Positions 19,146 to 28,455 of a DNA stretch of 64,000 nucleotides are shown piece by piece (position 1 is the first letter of the stretch; each line of letters begins with the position of its first letter). The stretch is from an uncultured Candidatus Saccharibacteria bacterium (GTDB taxonomy: Bacteria; Patescibacteriota; Minisyncoccia; UBA6257). The notes beneath the pieces are model-generated. The model saw nothing but the letters and a program-made list of their open reading frames with translations, did not search any database and was not told the origin of the DNA. Position numbers and translations under genes: made by a program. The stretch covers positions 396,901 through 460,900 of the forward strand of contig CAZUBI010000001.1 in assembly GCA_964618625.1 (NCBI GenBank), written 5' to 3'.

Positions 19146-20954
19146 ATGAATAAATTAGCTAAGTCTTTTTTAATAGTGTTTCTTCTTTTTTTGGCTCTTT
19201 CTTTACTTTTTTCTGCTATAGAAGGCACGTCTTTAGAGACAAAAAAAGTAAGTTTTTCTGAAGCAATTCAAGCTTTAAGAGAACAAGAAATAACAAAAAT
19301 TGTAATTCATCCTAGCCGCATTAATATTTTTCTTCAGGATGATACTGTTTTAATTACAGAGAGGGAAGTAAACGTTTCTTTTCCAGAAACACTTCAAAGT
19401 TTTGGTTTTTCTTCAGAAGAAATATCTTCTTTAAATATAGAAATTGAAAGTGATGGTGCGTCAGCTATCTTCTTTACTATAATATTGCCGATACTTATTC
19501 CGATTCTTTTAATAGGATTTTTGTTGTTCTACTCTCTTCGTCGTGCTAACCAAGGAGCAATGCAGATTTTTTCTTTTTCTCGTTCTAATATTAAATTATT
19601 TTCTCCTTCTAAAGACAGAATTACTTTTAAAGACGTGGCTGGTTTGAAAGAAAGCAAGGAAGAATTAAAAGAAGTTGTTGAGTTTTTAAAAACTCCAAAG
19701 AAATTCCATGATTTAGGAGCTAAAATTCCTCGTGGCGTTCTTCTAATGGGGCCGCCGGGCTCGGGAAAAACTTTATTAGCCCGTGCAGTGGCAGGGGAGG
19801 CTAAAGTACCTTTTTTTCATATTTCTGGATCAGAATTTGTTGAAATGTTTGTTGGAGTTGGCGCAAGCAGAGTGAGGGATACTTTTGCTACAGCTAAAAA
19901 AGCAGCCCCTTCAATTTTGTTTATTGATGAAATAGACGCTATTGGTAGAGTAAGAGGCGCTGGTATTGGTGGAGGTCATGATGAAAGGGAACAAACATTG
20001 AACCAGATTTTAGTTGAAATGGATGGTTTTGACAGAGATACTAAAACCATAGTTATTGCGGCGACAAATAGACCAGATGTTTTAGACCCTGCTTTATTAC
20101 GCCCAGGGCGTTTTGATAGACGGGTGATTTTAGATTTACCTAGTATTAATGATAGGGAAAAGATATTAGAAATTCATGTTAAGGGGAAAAGTTTGGCTCC
20201 ATTAGTTAATTTAAGAGAAATAGCAGAACGAACTCCAGGCTTTTCTGGTGCTGATTTAGCTAATTTAACAAATGAGTCTGCTATTTTGGCAGCTAGAAGG
20301 AATCAAAAAACTATTACTCAGAAGGAATTATTAGATTCTATAGAAAAAGTTATTTTAGGGCCAGAAAGAAGAAGTAGGGTTTTAACAAAGAAAGAAAAAG
20401 AAATTACTGCTTATCATGAAGCTGGTCATGCTTTAATATCCGCTTTACTTCCTAATACAGCTCGTGTAAGAAAAATTTCTATTATAACGCGCGGAAGAGC
20501 AGCTGGTTATACAATGCGAATGCCAACTGAAGAAAAATATATGAAAACTCGCTCAGAATTTTTAGATGATTTGTGTGCTCTTTTAGGAGGATATGCAGCT
20601 GAAGAGATTAAATTTAAAGAAATATCAACAGGTGCGGCGAATGATTTAAAAGAAGCAACAGATATAGCAAGAGGGATAGTAACTAAATATGGGATGAGTA
20701 AGAAAATGGGACCAATTTCTTTTGGTAGGACAGAAGAATTGATATTTTTAGGCAGAGATATTTCTACTGAGAGACAATATTCAGAAGAAACTGCAGCGAA
20801 AATAGATAAAGAAGTAATTAGTATTCTTAAAAAGTGTTACAATAACACAAAACGGTTACTAAAGAAAAATATAGATAAGCTGGAAAAAGTTACTAAAGAA
20901 TTGATGAAGAAAGAAACTTTGGAAAAAGAAGAATTTGAAAAATTGGTAAAGTAG
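19146..20954 (+). CDS. ftsH: ATP-dependent zinc metalloprotease FtsH
   Basis: Two TM helices, [22 protein letters not shown]. Confidence 0.97.
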   Translation: MNKLAKSFLIVFLLFLALSLLFSAIEGTSLETKKVSFSEAIQALREQEITKIVIHPSRINIFLQDDTVLITEREVNVSFPETLQSFGFSSEEISSLNIEIESDGASAIFFTIILPILIPILLIGFLLFYSLRRANQGAMQIFSFSRSNIKLFSPSKDRITFKDVAGLKESKEELKEVVEFLKTPKKFHDLGAKIPRGVLLMGPPGSGKTLLARAVAGEAKVPFFHISGSEFVEMFVGVGASRVRDTFATAKKAAPSILFIDEIDAIGRVRGAGIGGGHDEREQTLNQILVEMDGFDRDTKTIVIAATNRPDVLDPALLRPGRFDRRVILDLPSINDREKILEIHVKGKSLAPLVNLREIAERTPGFSGADLANLTNESAILAARRNQKTITQKELLDSIEKVILGPERRSRVLTKKEKEITAYHEAGHALISALLPNTARVRKISIITRGRAAGYTMRMPTEEKYMKTRSEFLDDLCALLGGYAAEEIKFKEISTGAANDLKEATDIARGIVTKYGMSKKMGPISFGRTEELIFLGRDISTERQYSEETAAKIDKEVISILKKCYNNTKRLLKKNIDKLEKVTKELMKKETLEKEEFEKLVK

Positions 20955-21040
20955 CTAGTTTTTATTTGTTCTTTAAAAATATTAGTGGTATAATGAACCT
21001 GGGACTGTTCATGAAATAGATATAATCTAAAGGTTTAATT

Positions 21041-21715
21041 ATGGCACGTTTTAAAGATCGCGAAAAAGCGATAATTTTGAGAAAGCAAGGGATGAGTTAT
21101 AGCCAGATAAAGAAGATTTTAAAAGTATGTAAAGGTACTTTAAGCACTTGGCTCAGGAATTATCCCCTTCCAGAAGCGAGAATAAGACAATTAAGGGATT
21201 GGAGTGAACAAAGAATTGAAAGATGCCGTGAAACAAAGAGAAAAAAGAAGGAAAGAAGACTAGAGGGTTTTTATCAAGAACAAAAAGAATTTATTTTTCC
21301 TTTTAATAAACGTGAATTATATCTCGCAGGTTTATTTCTCTATTGGGGAGAGGGAGCAAAAACTAGAATGACTGAATTGTCTATTTCCAATACAGATCCT
21401 TCTGTCATTAAACTTTTCCTTTTTTGGTTTACAAAATCTTTGCTAGTTCCAAAAGAAAGAATTAAAATTGGATTGCATTTGTATAAAGATATGAATATTA
21501 GTAAAGAGATAAATTTTTGGTCAGATATTTTGAAAATTCCTCTAAAACAATTTTATAAACCTTATATAAAAAAAAGTTTACTCAAATCTATAAATCATAA
21601 AGGAGGATTTGGTCATGGTACTTGTAATATAAGAGTTTCAGATGCAAGGCTTTCAGAGAAGATATTGATGGCTCTAAAAGTAATTAGCGATAAATATAAT
21701 AAAATGCGCACGTAG
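21041..21715 (+). CDS. HTH plus single-motif LAGLIDADG-like protein
   Basis: N-terminal HTH (SYSQIKKILKVCKGTLSTW) and LYLAGLFLYWGEG motif; stop codon inside tRNA-Ile. Confidence 0.7.
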   Translation: MARFKDREKAIILRKQGMSYSQIKKILKVCKGTLSTWLRNYPLPEARIRQLRDWSEQRIERCRETKRKKKERRLEGFYQEQKEFIFPFNKRELYLAGLFLYWGEGAKTRMTELSISNTDPSVIKLFLFWFTKSLLVPKERIKIGLHLYKDMNISKEINFWSDILKIPLKQFYKPYIKKSLLKSINHKGGFGHGTCNIRVSDARLSEKILMALKVISDKYNKMRT

Positions 21716-21781
21716 CTCAGTGGTAGAGCAGGGTCCTTATAAGGCCAAGGTTCGCAGGTTCGATCCCTGCCGTGCGCACCA
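21706..21781 (+). tRNA. tRNA-Ile(TAT)
   Basis: GCGCACG acceptor, anticodon loop CTTATAA, A73-CCA. Confidence 0.9.
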
Positions 21782-21783
21782 GA

Positions 21784-21857
21784 GGGTGATTAGCTCAGTG
21801 GTTTAGAGTGCTTCGTTGACATCGAAGAGGTCGCTGGTTCAATTCCAGCATCACCCA
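21784..21857 (+). tRNA. tRNA-Val(GAC)
   Basis: CTTCG-TTGACAT-CGAAG anticodon arm. Confidence 0.95.
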
Positions 21858-21880
21858 CAAAATTGCCTAGTATTAGGTGA

Positions 21881-21909
21881 TTTTTTATTTGTTAAGTAAT
21901 ATCTGTTTT
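21881..21909 (+). repeat. 29-bp direct repeat, left copy
   Basis: TTTTTTATTTGTTAAGTAATATCTGTTTT, identical at 23746-23774. Confidence 0.85.
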
Positions 21910-22092
21910 TGTTATAATGTTAGTAAGTTTTGATGGTTTTACAACTAAATCCACGAATCTTGGAGAGGTTGATTTTTAAGTAAGTTTTTTTGAATGCGCA
22001 TTTAAAACTTGTTATCCGTAATTTTCTCGGGTGCCTTTTGTGCAGGCTCCTTTTCAAAAGAATTAAAAATATTGAAGATAAACTATCATAAT

Positions 22093-22572
22093 ATGAGCAA
22101 TATCGAAATCCTACAATACAAAAACCATAAGTTTATGTTTATAGATGGCCGTTTATGGATGTGGGATACTCCAGAAGAAAGAGAACTTCAAAAAGAATTG
22201 GGCGAACAAGCTTTTGGAGATGTTTTAATAGCTGGTTATGGTTTTGGAATTTTAACCGAATTTTCGATGAAAAATCCTAAAGTAAATTCTGTTACAACAG
22301 TTGAGAAATATCAAGAAGTAATTAAAAAAATGAAAGAGTTTAGTAAAATACATGGTAAAATTATAATTAGTGATTTTTACACTCTGTCAGAAAATCAAAA
22401 ATTCAACTGTATTATTAGTGATATTTGGCCAGATATTGATGCAAAATTTCTAAAAGATTATGTAAAATTCAAAAAGAAAGCTAAAAGACTTTTGAAAAGA
22501 AATGGGCTCATCTTAGCATATGGTAAAGATTTTTTTGAATATTTACTAAAAAACAAAATTAAAAAGTCATAA
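22093..22572 (+). CDS. SAM-dependent methyltransferase / spermidine synthase-like protein
   Basis: Motif I DVLIAGYGFG, VTTVEK, SDFY, IISDIW; ATG start at 22093 preferred. Confidence 0.7.
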   Translation: MSNIEILQYKNHKFMFIDGRLWMWDTPEERELQKELGEQAFGDVLIAGYGFGILTEFSMKNPKVNSVTTVEKYQEVIKKMKEFSKIHGKIIISDFYTLSENQKFNCIISDIWPDIDAKFLKDYVKFKKKAKRLLKRNGLILAYGKDFFEYLLKNKIKKS

Positions 22573-22573
22573 A

Positions 22574-22927
22574 ATGAAAGACGGTACTCATTTAATTCTT
22601 GATTTGAAAGAATGCAAAAATGTAGATAATCTTTCAAATGAAAGGTTTATAAAAAACCTTATTCTTGATTTAATAAAAATTACGGGGATGAAAGCTATAA
22701 CAAAACCAAGCGTGTTATACTACGAACATAAAGAGAAAAAAGAAAGTGGTATCACAGGATTTGTAATAATTTCTGACAGTCATACAAGTATTCATGCCTA
22801 CCCCTTCAAGAAATCTTTATATCTTGATTTATTTTCATGTAGAAATTTTGGTTCCAAAGAAATAATTAACTGTATAAAAGAAATATTTAAACCAGAAAAA
22901 TTAACAAAAAGAATAATTAGAAGATAA
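22574..22927 (+). CDS. speD: S-adenosylmethionine decarboxylase proenzyme family
   Basis: GTHLILD, GITGFVIISDSHTSIHAYP (D-S at the self-cleavage site), YLDLFSC. Confidence 0.85.
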   Translation: MKDGTHLILDLKECKNVDNLSNERFIKNLILDLIKITGMKAITKPSVLYYEHKEKKESGITGFVIISDSHTSIHAYPFKKSLYLDLFSCRNFGSKEIINCIKEIFKPEKLTKRIIRR

Positions 22928-23004
22928 TATTTTTGGTGTTCTTGGAGATTCGGAGGCGCCCTTAAAACCAAATTTTTATAAATAAAGAAGAATAAAGAAA
23001 TATT

Positions 23005-23616
23005 ATGGAACAGGAGACAAAGTTTATAATTTTAGCATCGTTATTTGTCACATTTTTAATGACCGCTGTATTAACTGGATCAAAAATAGTTGAATTTCTT
23101 GGATTAACTTTTTCAGCTGGAACTTTAGCAGCCTCACTAACTTATCCAATAACAGATGTTATTTGTGAAGTATGGGGAAAAGCTAAAGCAAGGAAAGTAA
23201 TATTTGCAGCTTTGATTTGTTGGATAGTTGTACTAATTTTACTTTACATATCAATAATGGCTCCTCCTGCTTCTTTCTGGAAACTGCAGGCAGCTTATGC
23301 AAAAATTTTTAGCACAAGTATGCGGCTTATTTTAGCAGGATTTATAGCTTACACTGTTGCACAATTTCATGATATTTGGGCCTTTATGTTTTGGAGAGAG
23401 AAAACAAAAGGAAGACATCTCTGGTTAAGGAATAATCTTAGTACTATTATGAGCCAATTGTTGAATACAATCATAATAGTAATGATTGGTTTTTATGGCT
23501 TAATTCCGCATACTGCAATAATACCAACAATATTTGGATGGTGGTTGATTAAAATTTTAATTGCTGTTTGTGATACACCCGCTGTTTATTTACTGGTAAA
23601 ATGGGCAAAGAAATAA
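23005..23616 (+). CDS. yhhQ: Queuosine precursor transporter (YhhQ/VUT family)
   Basis: YPITDVICEVWG, AQFHDIWAF, LWLRNNLSTIMSQ, DTP. Confidence 0.88.
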   Translation: MEQETKFIILASLFVTFLMTAVLTGSKIVEFLGLTFSAGTLAASLTYPITDVICEVWGKAKARKVIFAALICWIVVLILLYISIMAPPASFWKLQAAYAKIFSTSMRLILAGFIAYTVAQFHDIWAFMFWREKTKGRHLWLRNNLSTIMSQLLNTIIIVMIGFYGLIPHTAIIPTIFGWWLIKILIAVCDTPAVYLLVKWAKK

Positions 23617-23745
23617 TTTCATCGTGTCACCTTGCACCACAAAAATTCAATTTTTCCTAATCACAATATTATACGCTGTGAATTTCTAAAAATTAGAAAG
23701 ATTATGTAAGAAATCTACGCCTCATATTTACTCGCTAACAGCGGG

Positions 23746-23774
23746 TTTTTTATTTGTTAAGTAATATCTGTTTT
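23746..23774 (+). repeat. 29-bp direct repeat, right copy
   Basis: Identical to 21881-21909. Confidence 0.85.
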
Positions 23775-23792
23775 GCTATACTGATAAAAACT

Positions 23793-24983
23793 ATGAAGAT
23801 ATTTTATGCTCTAGAGACTTTTTTACCCCATATTTCTGGCGTAACAATTTCTACAGAGAGATTGGCTGATTATTTTAGTCAGAATAAAAAAAATAAGGTC
23901 TATATAATTACTGCCTCACCTGATGGGGATTTTCAAATTGATTCAGATTCCCATAATTATACTATTATACGGATTAAATCTCATCCAAATCCTATAAGAA
24001 AAAAATTAAAAGTCAGTTATTTAGCTTCATTGCATATTAGAAAAATATTAGATGATTTTAAGCCCGATGTTATTCATCTTCAGGATCCTTTTTTTATTTC
24101 TCAATCTTTGGCTTTTGAAGCAAAAAAAAGAAAGATTCCTGTAGTTCTTACGCAACATAGTTCTTTAAAATTCCCTTTGTCATATTTAAAATTGCCCAAA
24201 TTTTTACAAAAAACTACAGAAAAAACAATGGCAAAAGTTTTAGCGGTTTTTATTAACAATTATTGTAAAATTTTAATTACGCCAAGTGAATTTATTAAAG
24301 AGCAGGCAATTAAATGGGAGATAAATATTCCAGTGGAAGTTATTTCTAATGGAGTCAATCTTGATGCTTTTGCAAAAAGTCGGATTTCCGAAGAATTTTT
24401 AAAAAAATATAAGATCGAAGATTTTATTTCCAGACCGATTGTTTTTTATAGCGGACGCATTGATAAAGATAAAAATTTAGAGACGCTTATTAAAGCAATT
24501 CCATTGGTTTTAAAAGAAGTTGATGTTAATTTTCTTTTTTTAGGGGGCGGTGACTTAAAAGAAGAATTGATTTGCCAATTGGCGGATAAAGACTATTCTT
24601 TTAAAGAAAACGTGTGTTTTTTAGGACCTATCGAGTCCCAAGATCCAGATTTGACGAAATTTTATCGCTTAGCCACTCTTTTTGTAATGCCATCTCCAAT
24701 TGAAGCTCAAAGTTTGGCAACAATGGAAGCAATGGCCTCTGGCCTGCCTGTTGTTGCCGCTAAAAAAGGAGCTTTGCCAGAATTGATAAAAAACAGGGAA
24801 AATGGATTTTTAGTAGAAGCGTTTAATCCAAAAGGATACGCTGAAGCGATTATAGAAATTATTAAAAACAAAAATTTAAGGAGAAAATTAGAAAAAAAGA
24901 GCTTGGAATTAATTACTTCTCATGATTTTGAAAAAACTTTTCAAAAAATAAAAAAGATTTATGCCAAAAATTATAAAAGTTGA
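23793..24983 (+). CDS. Glycosyltransferase family 4
   Basis: FLPHISGV, SNGV, GRIDKDKN, EAQSLATMEAMASGLPVV; ATG at 23793. Confidence 0.9.
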   Translation: MKIFYALETFLPHISGVTISTERLADYFSQNKKNKVYIITASPDGDFQIDSDSHNYTIIRIKSHPNPIRKKLKVSYLASLHIRKILDDFKPDVIHLQDPFFISQSLAFEAKKRKIPVVLTQHSSLKFPLSYLKLPKFLQKTTEKTMAKVLAVFINNYCKILITPSEFIKEQAIKWEINIPVEVISNGVNLDAFAKSRISEEFLKKYKIEDFISRPIVFYSGRIDKDKNLETLIKAIPLVLKEVDVNFLFLGGGDLKEELICQLADKDYSFKENVCFLGPIESQDPDLTKFYRLATLFVMPSPIEAQSLATMEAMASGLPVVAAKKGALPELIKNRENGFLVEAFNPKGYAEAIIEIIKNKNLRRKLEKKSLELITSHDFEKTFQKIKKIYAKNYKS

Positions 24984-25962
24984 AAAGCTTTCCAAGCCTA
25001 TTCGCATAGATAAATATTTAAAGAAGGAAATAAAGGATATTTCCCGTGAAAAGATTATTTATTGCATTAAAGAAGGGAAAATAAAAATTAAAGGCAAAAC
25101 TAAAATTAAGCCAAGTTTTATTTTAAAGGGAGAAGAAAAAATCGTGTTAGAAATTTCCAATTTTCTAAACTCAACTAAAAAATCATTTTCAATAAAACCT
25201 CAGTTTGTCTTTCCTGAACCAAAAATCTTGTATGAGGATAAAGATTTATTAATTATTGATAAACCCGCAGGAATAATAGTTCATTCGACTATTAATAATA
25301 TTAATAATCCATCAATTGCAAGCTGGTTTTTACAAAAATATCCTTTTGTTTCCAATGTGGGTGACCCTTCGACAGGCTCAGGGCAGGCTCCTTCGGTAAA
25401 CTTAGGGCAAGAGAATTTGCGGCCTGGTATTGTGCATCGTTTAGATAAAGAAACATCAGGTACGCTCATTCTTGCTAAGAATAATTTTATATTTAATTAT
25501 TTAAAAAATCTTTTCAAAACAAGAAAAATAAAAAAGAAATACATTGCGTTAGTGAAAGGAGAAATTAAAAAACAGCAAGGGACAATAAATTTGCCTTTAA
25601 TACGCTCTAAAAGATTACCCATGAAAAGGAAAGTTGTGATCAAAAAAGATAAAGGAAAGATTGCTTTAACAAAATATAAGGTTCTAAAACTATATAAAGG
25701 ATATACACTTCTAGAGATTTTTCCTAAAACTGGCCGGACTCATCAAATAAGGGTACATTTAGCAAGTATTGGTTTTCCTGTGGTTGGCGATAAGATGTAT
25801 GGTAAGCCGAAAAAATTAAATAAATTAAATTTATCTCACCATTTTCTTCATGCTCAAACAATTTCTTTTGTTTTGCCTTCTGGAGAGTCCATTAAAATAC
25901 GAGCGCCTTTACCAGAGGATTTAAAGAATATATTGCAACAAATAGAGCCTAAAGTTGACTAA
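24961..25962 (+). CDS. rluD: RluA/RluD family pseudouridine synthase
   Basis: S4 domain, DKPAG, HRLDKETSG, TGRTHQIRVH. Confidence 0.9.
   Translation: MPKIIKVEKLSKPIRIDKYLKKEIKDISREKIIYCIKEGKIKIKGKTKIKPSFILKGEEKIVLEISNFLNSTKKSFSIKPQFVFPEPKILYEDKDLLIIDKPAGIIVHSTINNINNPSIASWFLQKYPFVSNVGDPSTGSGQAPSVNLGQENLRPGIVHRLDKETSGTLILAKNNFIFNYLKNLFKTRKIKKKYIALVKGEIKKQQGTINLPLIRSKRLPMKRKVVIKKDKGKIALTKYKVLKLYKGYTLLEIFPKTGRTHQIRVHLASIGFPVVGDKMYGKPKKLNKLNLSHHFLHAQTISFVLPSGESIKIRAPLPEDLKNILQQIEPKVD
25364..25411 (+). repeat. Two 24-nt repeat units in frame within rluD
   Basis: ACCCTTCGACAGGCTCAGGGCAGG plus a degenerate copy; encodes PSTGSGQAPSVNLGQ. Confidence 0.75.
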
Positions 25963-26010
25963 AGCCATTTATCCGTGTTAGAGTAATGATAATCAACTTG
26001 ATTTATTAAT

Positions 26011-26334
26011 ATGATTGAAATAAAAGCAGAAGGAATAAAGCCCGGAATGTATATTAAGATTTCCCAGAGAATTAAAGATGGAGATAAAGAAAAAACACAG
26101 CATATAGAAGGGTTAGTAATAGCAAGAAAGCATGGCAAAGAACCAGGCGCCACCATTACTATAAGAAGAATAATGGACGGAATAGGTGTGGAATGGATAT
26201 TACCGGTTTTTTCTCCAAAAATAAAAAAGATTGAATTAGTTAGAGCTGCTCGAGTAAGGAGGGCAAAATTGTATTTTCTTAGGGATAAATCTCAGAAACA
26301 GATTCGCGCCAAATTGAAAAAGGAGGTCAAATGA
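26011..26334 (+). CDS. rplS: 50S ribosomal protein L19
   Basis: EGLVIAR, GIGVE, RVRRAKLYFLR. Confidence 0.95.
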   Translation: MIEIKAEGIKPGMYIKISQRIKDGDKEKTQHIEGLVIARKHGKEPGATITIRRIMDGIGVEWILPVFSPKIKKIELVRAARVRRAKLYFLRDKSQKQIRAKLKKEVK

Positions 26335-26342
26335 TAATAAAC

Positions 26343-26561
26343 TGAATATTTCTCCCTTCACTCCTTCATTCCAGCAGAGACAAATTAAGCTCGAAATATA
26401 GTTTTCGAAAACGTCCAAAATCCCCAGCGAGGATTTTAGGACTCGCCAAACCTCCTCGCTCTCCGCCAGCTGGCGGAACCATGCCCGCTCGTCGGCTTGA
26501 GCGTTTCTCAAACTACATTTTCTCGCTTCTTTCACTAATGTCGTTCAGGAAGAAATATTCA
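26343..26561. mobile_element. MITE-like nested palindromic element
   Basis: 11-bp terminal inverted repeat TGAATATTTCT/AGAAATATTCA, internal arms and TCCGCCAGCTGGCGGA palindrome; GC-rich relative to the flanks. Confidence 0.5.
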
Positions 26562-26604
26562 ATTTATATTAAGAATTATTGGAGAACCGAAATAGTATAA
26601 TTTT

Positions 26605-26692
26605 GCGCGGGTGCTGTAACTTGGTAGCCAGGCAGGATTGAGGTTCCTGTGTCCGTAAGGACGTGGAGGTTCGAGTCCTCTCCCGCGCACCA
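26605..26692 (+). tRNA. tRNA-Leu(GAG)
   Basis: CAGGA-TTGAGGT-TCCTG, long variable arm, A73-CCA. Confidence 0.94.
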
Positions 26693-26820
26693 GTAAGGAA
26701 TTTTGTCTACTCCGTAGCCAACCGAAAATTCTACTATTGGGTGGCGAAAAATCAGTTAATGATTTTGTGCCAGCGGAACTGAAAACAAAAGAAAATTTTT
26801 AAATACATTCAACAAAAACT

Positions 26821-28371
26821 ATGTCAAAATTTGAAGGTGCTTCAAATTTAAATAATCCCGAACTAAACCCGAGCGAACTTGAGGATAGTGTTAATGTTGA
26901 GAAAAAACAGGGAGAGGGAAAAGAAATAATTGAAATGCTGCAAAAAGAATGCAGCGAACCAATTAGTGAAATTACTAAAATGCCAATATATTCTTTTAGC
27001 AAATTGATGGAAAAATTTGAAACGAATGACCTAAAGACCATTACTGAAACCGGTGAATATAAAGAAATGATTAAAAATGGTTTTATATTGGGTTCTGGCG
27101 AAGAAAGAATTTATTATGAACAAAAACCAGGCAGAATTTCCGAGAAAGAACCAACTAATATTCATCTAGGGGTTGATTTTATGGTTGAAAACGGTAAAGA
27201 TGTTTTAGCTATAAATGATGGCGAAGTTGTAGATATTGAAAATATAGATATTAAATCACAGCCTAAAGATCAAAGTATTTATAAAGGAGAAGGTGGTTAT
27301 GGAAATATGCTTGTTCTGAAACATAAATTAGAATCAGGCGAAGAAATTTACTCGCTTTATGGACATCTGTCTTCTTCTGAAAAACCGTTAAAGTTGGGCG
27401 ATGTTGTTAAAAAAGGACAAATTATTGGTAATGTTGGAAGATCTTTCAGTCACGAAAATGGTGGTTGGCCATCTCATTTACATTTTTCGATTTTAAAAGA
27501 AAAAATTGCTATTGCTGGTTATGGGGCAGGGAAAGATGCTGAAAAAATTATTGATCCGTTAAAAATATGGATTCAAGAAAAAGGAGTCGATTCAGGAGAA
27601 CTTCCCCTTGAAAAATTGGAAGTACGGAAAACAGAAAGGGGAGCAGAAAAACCAGAGCTATCGCCAGAAGAACAACTTAAAAATTTAGAGGGCGAAGCTG
27701 AAATGAAGCAACAAGAAATCGCTAGATTAACTGAATCAGTCGCAGGAACAAAAGTAAGACTAAACGAAGCTCGAGAAAAACTCGGATTGCCCCCGACCGA
27801 GGAAGATCCGCCAAGTGTATTTTCAGAAAAAGATAAATTGGAAAAGCTCCAAACTGAACAAAAAACTCTGGACAAACAAAAAGAAGAAATTATTAGCCAA
27901 CAGGAAAAAGAGCGAATGATTCGCGAGGAAAAAGAGAAAATTTTGCAGGAAAAGATTGACGAATTGTTTAAGGAATTTGAAGGGCTTACCTCGCGTGATT
28001 TTGAAAGCATTTTTAAGAATGGTAGAACTAAAGAAGGTAGAAATGTTGAAAGCCCTTCAATGGGAGAACTTAACCCAGAAATTGCTAAGTCGTTGGCAAA
28101 GGCTTTCAAAAAAGGGATTAAACTGCTTCCAAAAATTCTTGAAATTTTGCCGGAGCTTTTGAAAAAGTTTGATAAGGATTTAACAAAGGAAGCAACAGAG
28201 CGCGTGGAAGAAAAATTGGAGGAAGAAAAGAAAGAGTTAAAAGAGAAGGAAGTAAAAGAAAAAAAGCCGGCTGAACAAAAACCGGAAGAAAAACGAGAAG
28301 TTCCGGGAAGTAAAATTAAACAAGAGCTAAACCCCATTGAAGGTGGGAATATCAAAAATCCTAAAGCGTAG
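26821..28371 (+). CDS. M23 peptidase domain fused to a charged coiled-coil region
   Basis: HLGVD, GYGN, YGHL and HLHF motifs; Glu/Lys-rich C-terminal half. Confidence 0.8.
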   Translation: MSKFEGASNLNNPELNPSELEDSVNVEKKQGEGKEIIEMLQKECSEPISEITKMPIYSFSKLMEKFETNDLKTITETGEYKEMIKNGFILGSGEERIYYEQKPGRISEKEPTNIHLGVDFMVENGKDVLAINDGEVVDIENIDIKSQPKDQSIYKGEGGYGNMLVLKHKLESGEEIYSLYGHLSSSEKPLKLGDVVKKGQIIGNVGRSFSHENGGWPSHLHFSILKEKIAIAGYGAGKDAEKIIDPLKIWIQEKGVDSGELPLEKLEVRKTERGAEKPELSPEEQLKNLEGEAEMKQQEIARLTESVAGTKVRLNEAREKLGLPPTEEDPPSVFSEKDKLEKLQTEQKTLDKQKEEIISQQEKERMIREEKEKILQEKIDELFKEFEGLTSRDFESIFKNGRTKEGRNVESPSMGELNPEIAKSLAKAFKKGIKLLPKILEILPELLKKFDKDLTKEATERVEEKLEEEKKELKEKEVKEKKPAEQKPEEKREVPGSKIKQELNPIEGGNIKNPKA

Positions 28372-28455
28372 GTGAAAATAAAAAGGATTTATCAATAAGG
28401 ACAAAAGAAATTTTTTCATAAAAGGTCGACATATTAATTTAAAATTTTCCTTACT

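Noticed and set aside
22931-23004. preQ1 riboswitch upstream of yhhQ
   Set aside because: A hairpin and A-rich tail exist, but I could not match the class I, II or III consensus.
26236-26535. 99-aa minus-strand ORF
   Set aside because: Reads through the palindromic element and rplS antisense.
27573-28355. Long antisense ORFs (also 17895-18338, 48131-48505, 58960-59265 and other short ones)
   Set aside because: Shadows of real genes on the other strand or frame; biased composition and no motifs.
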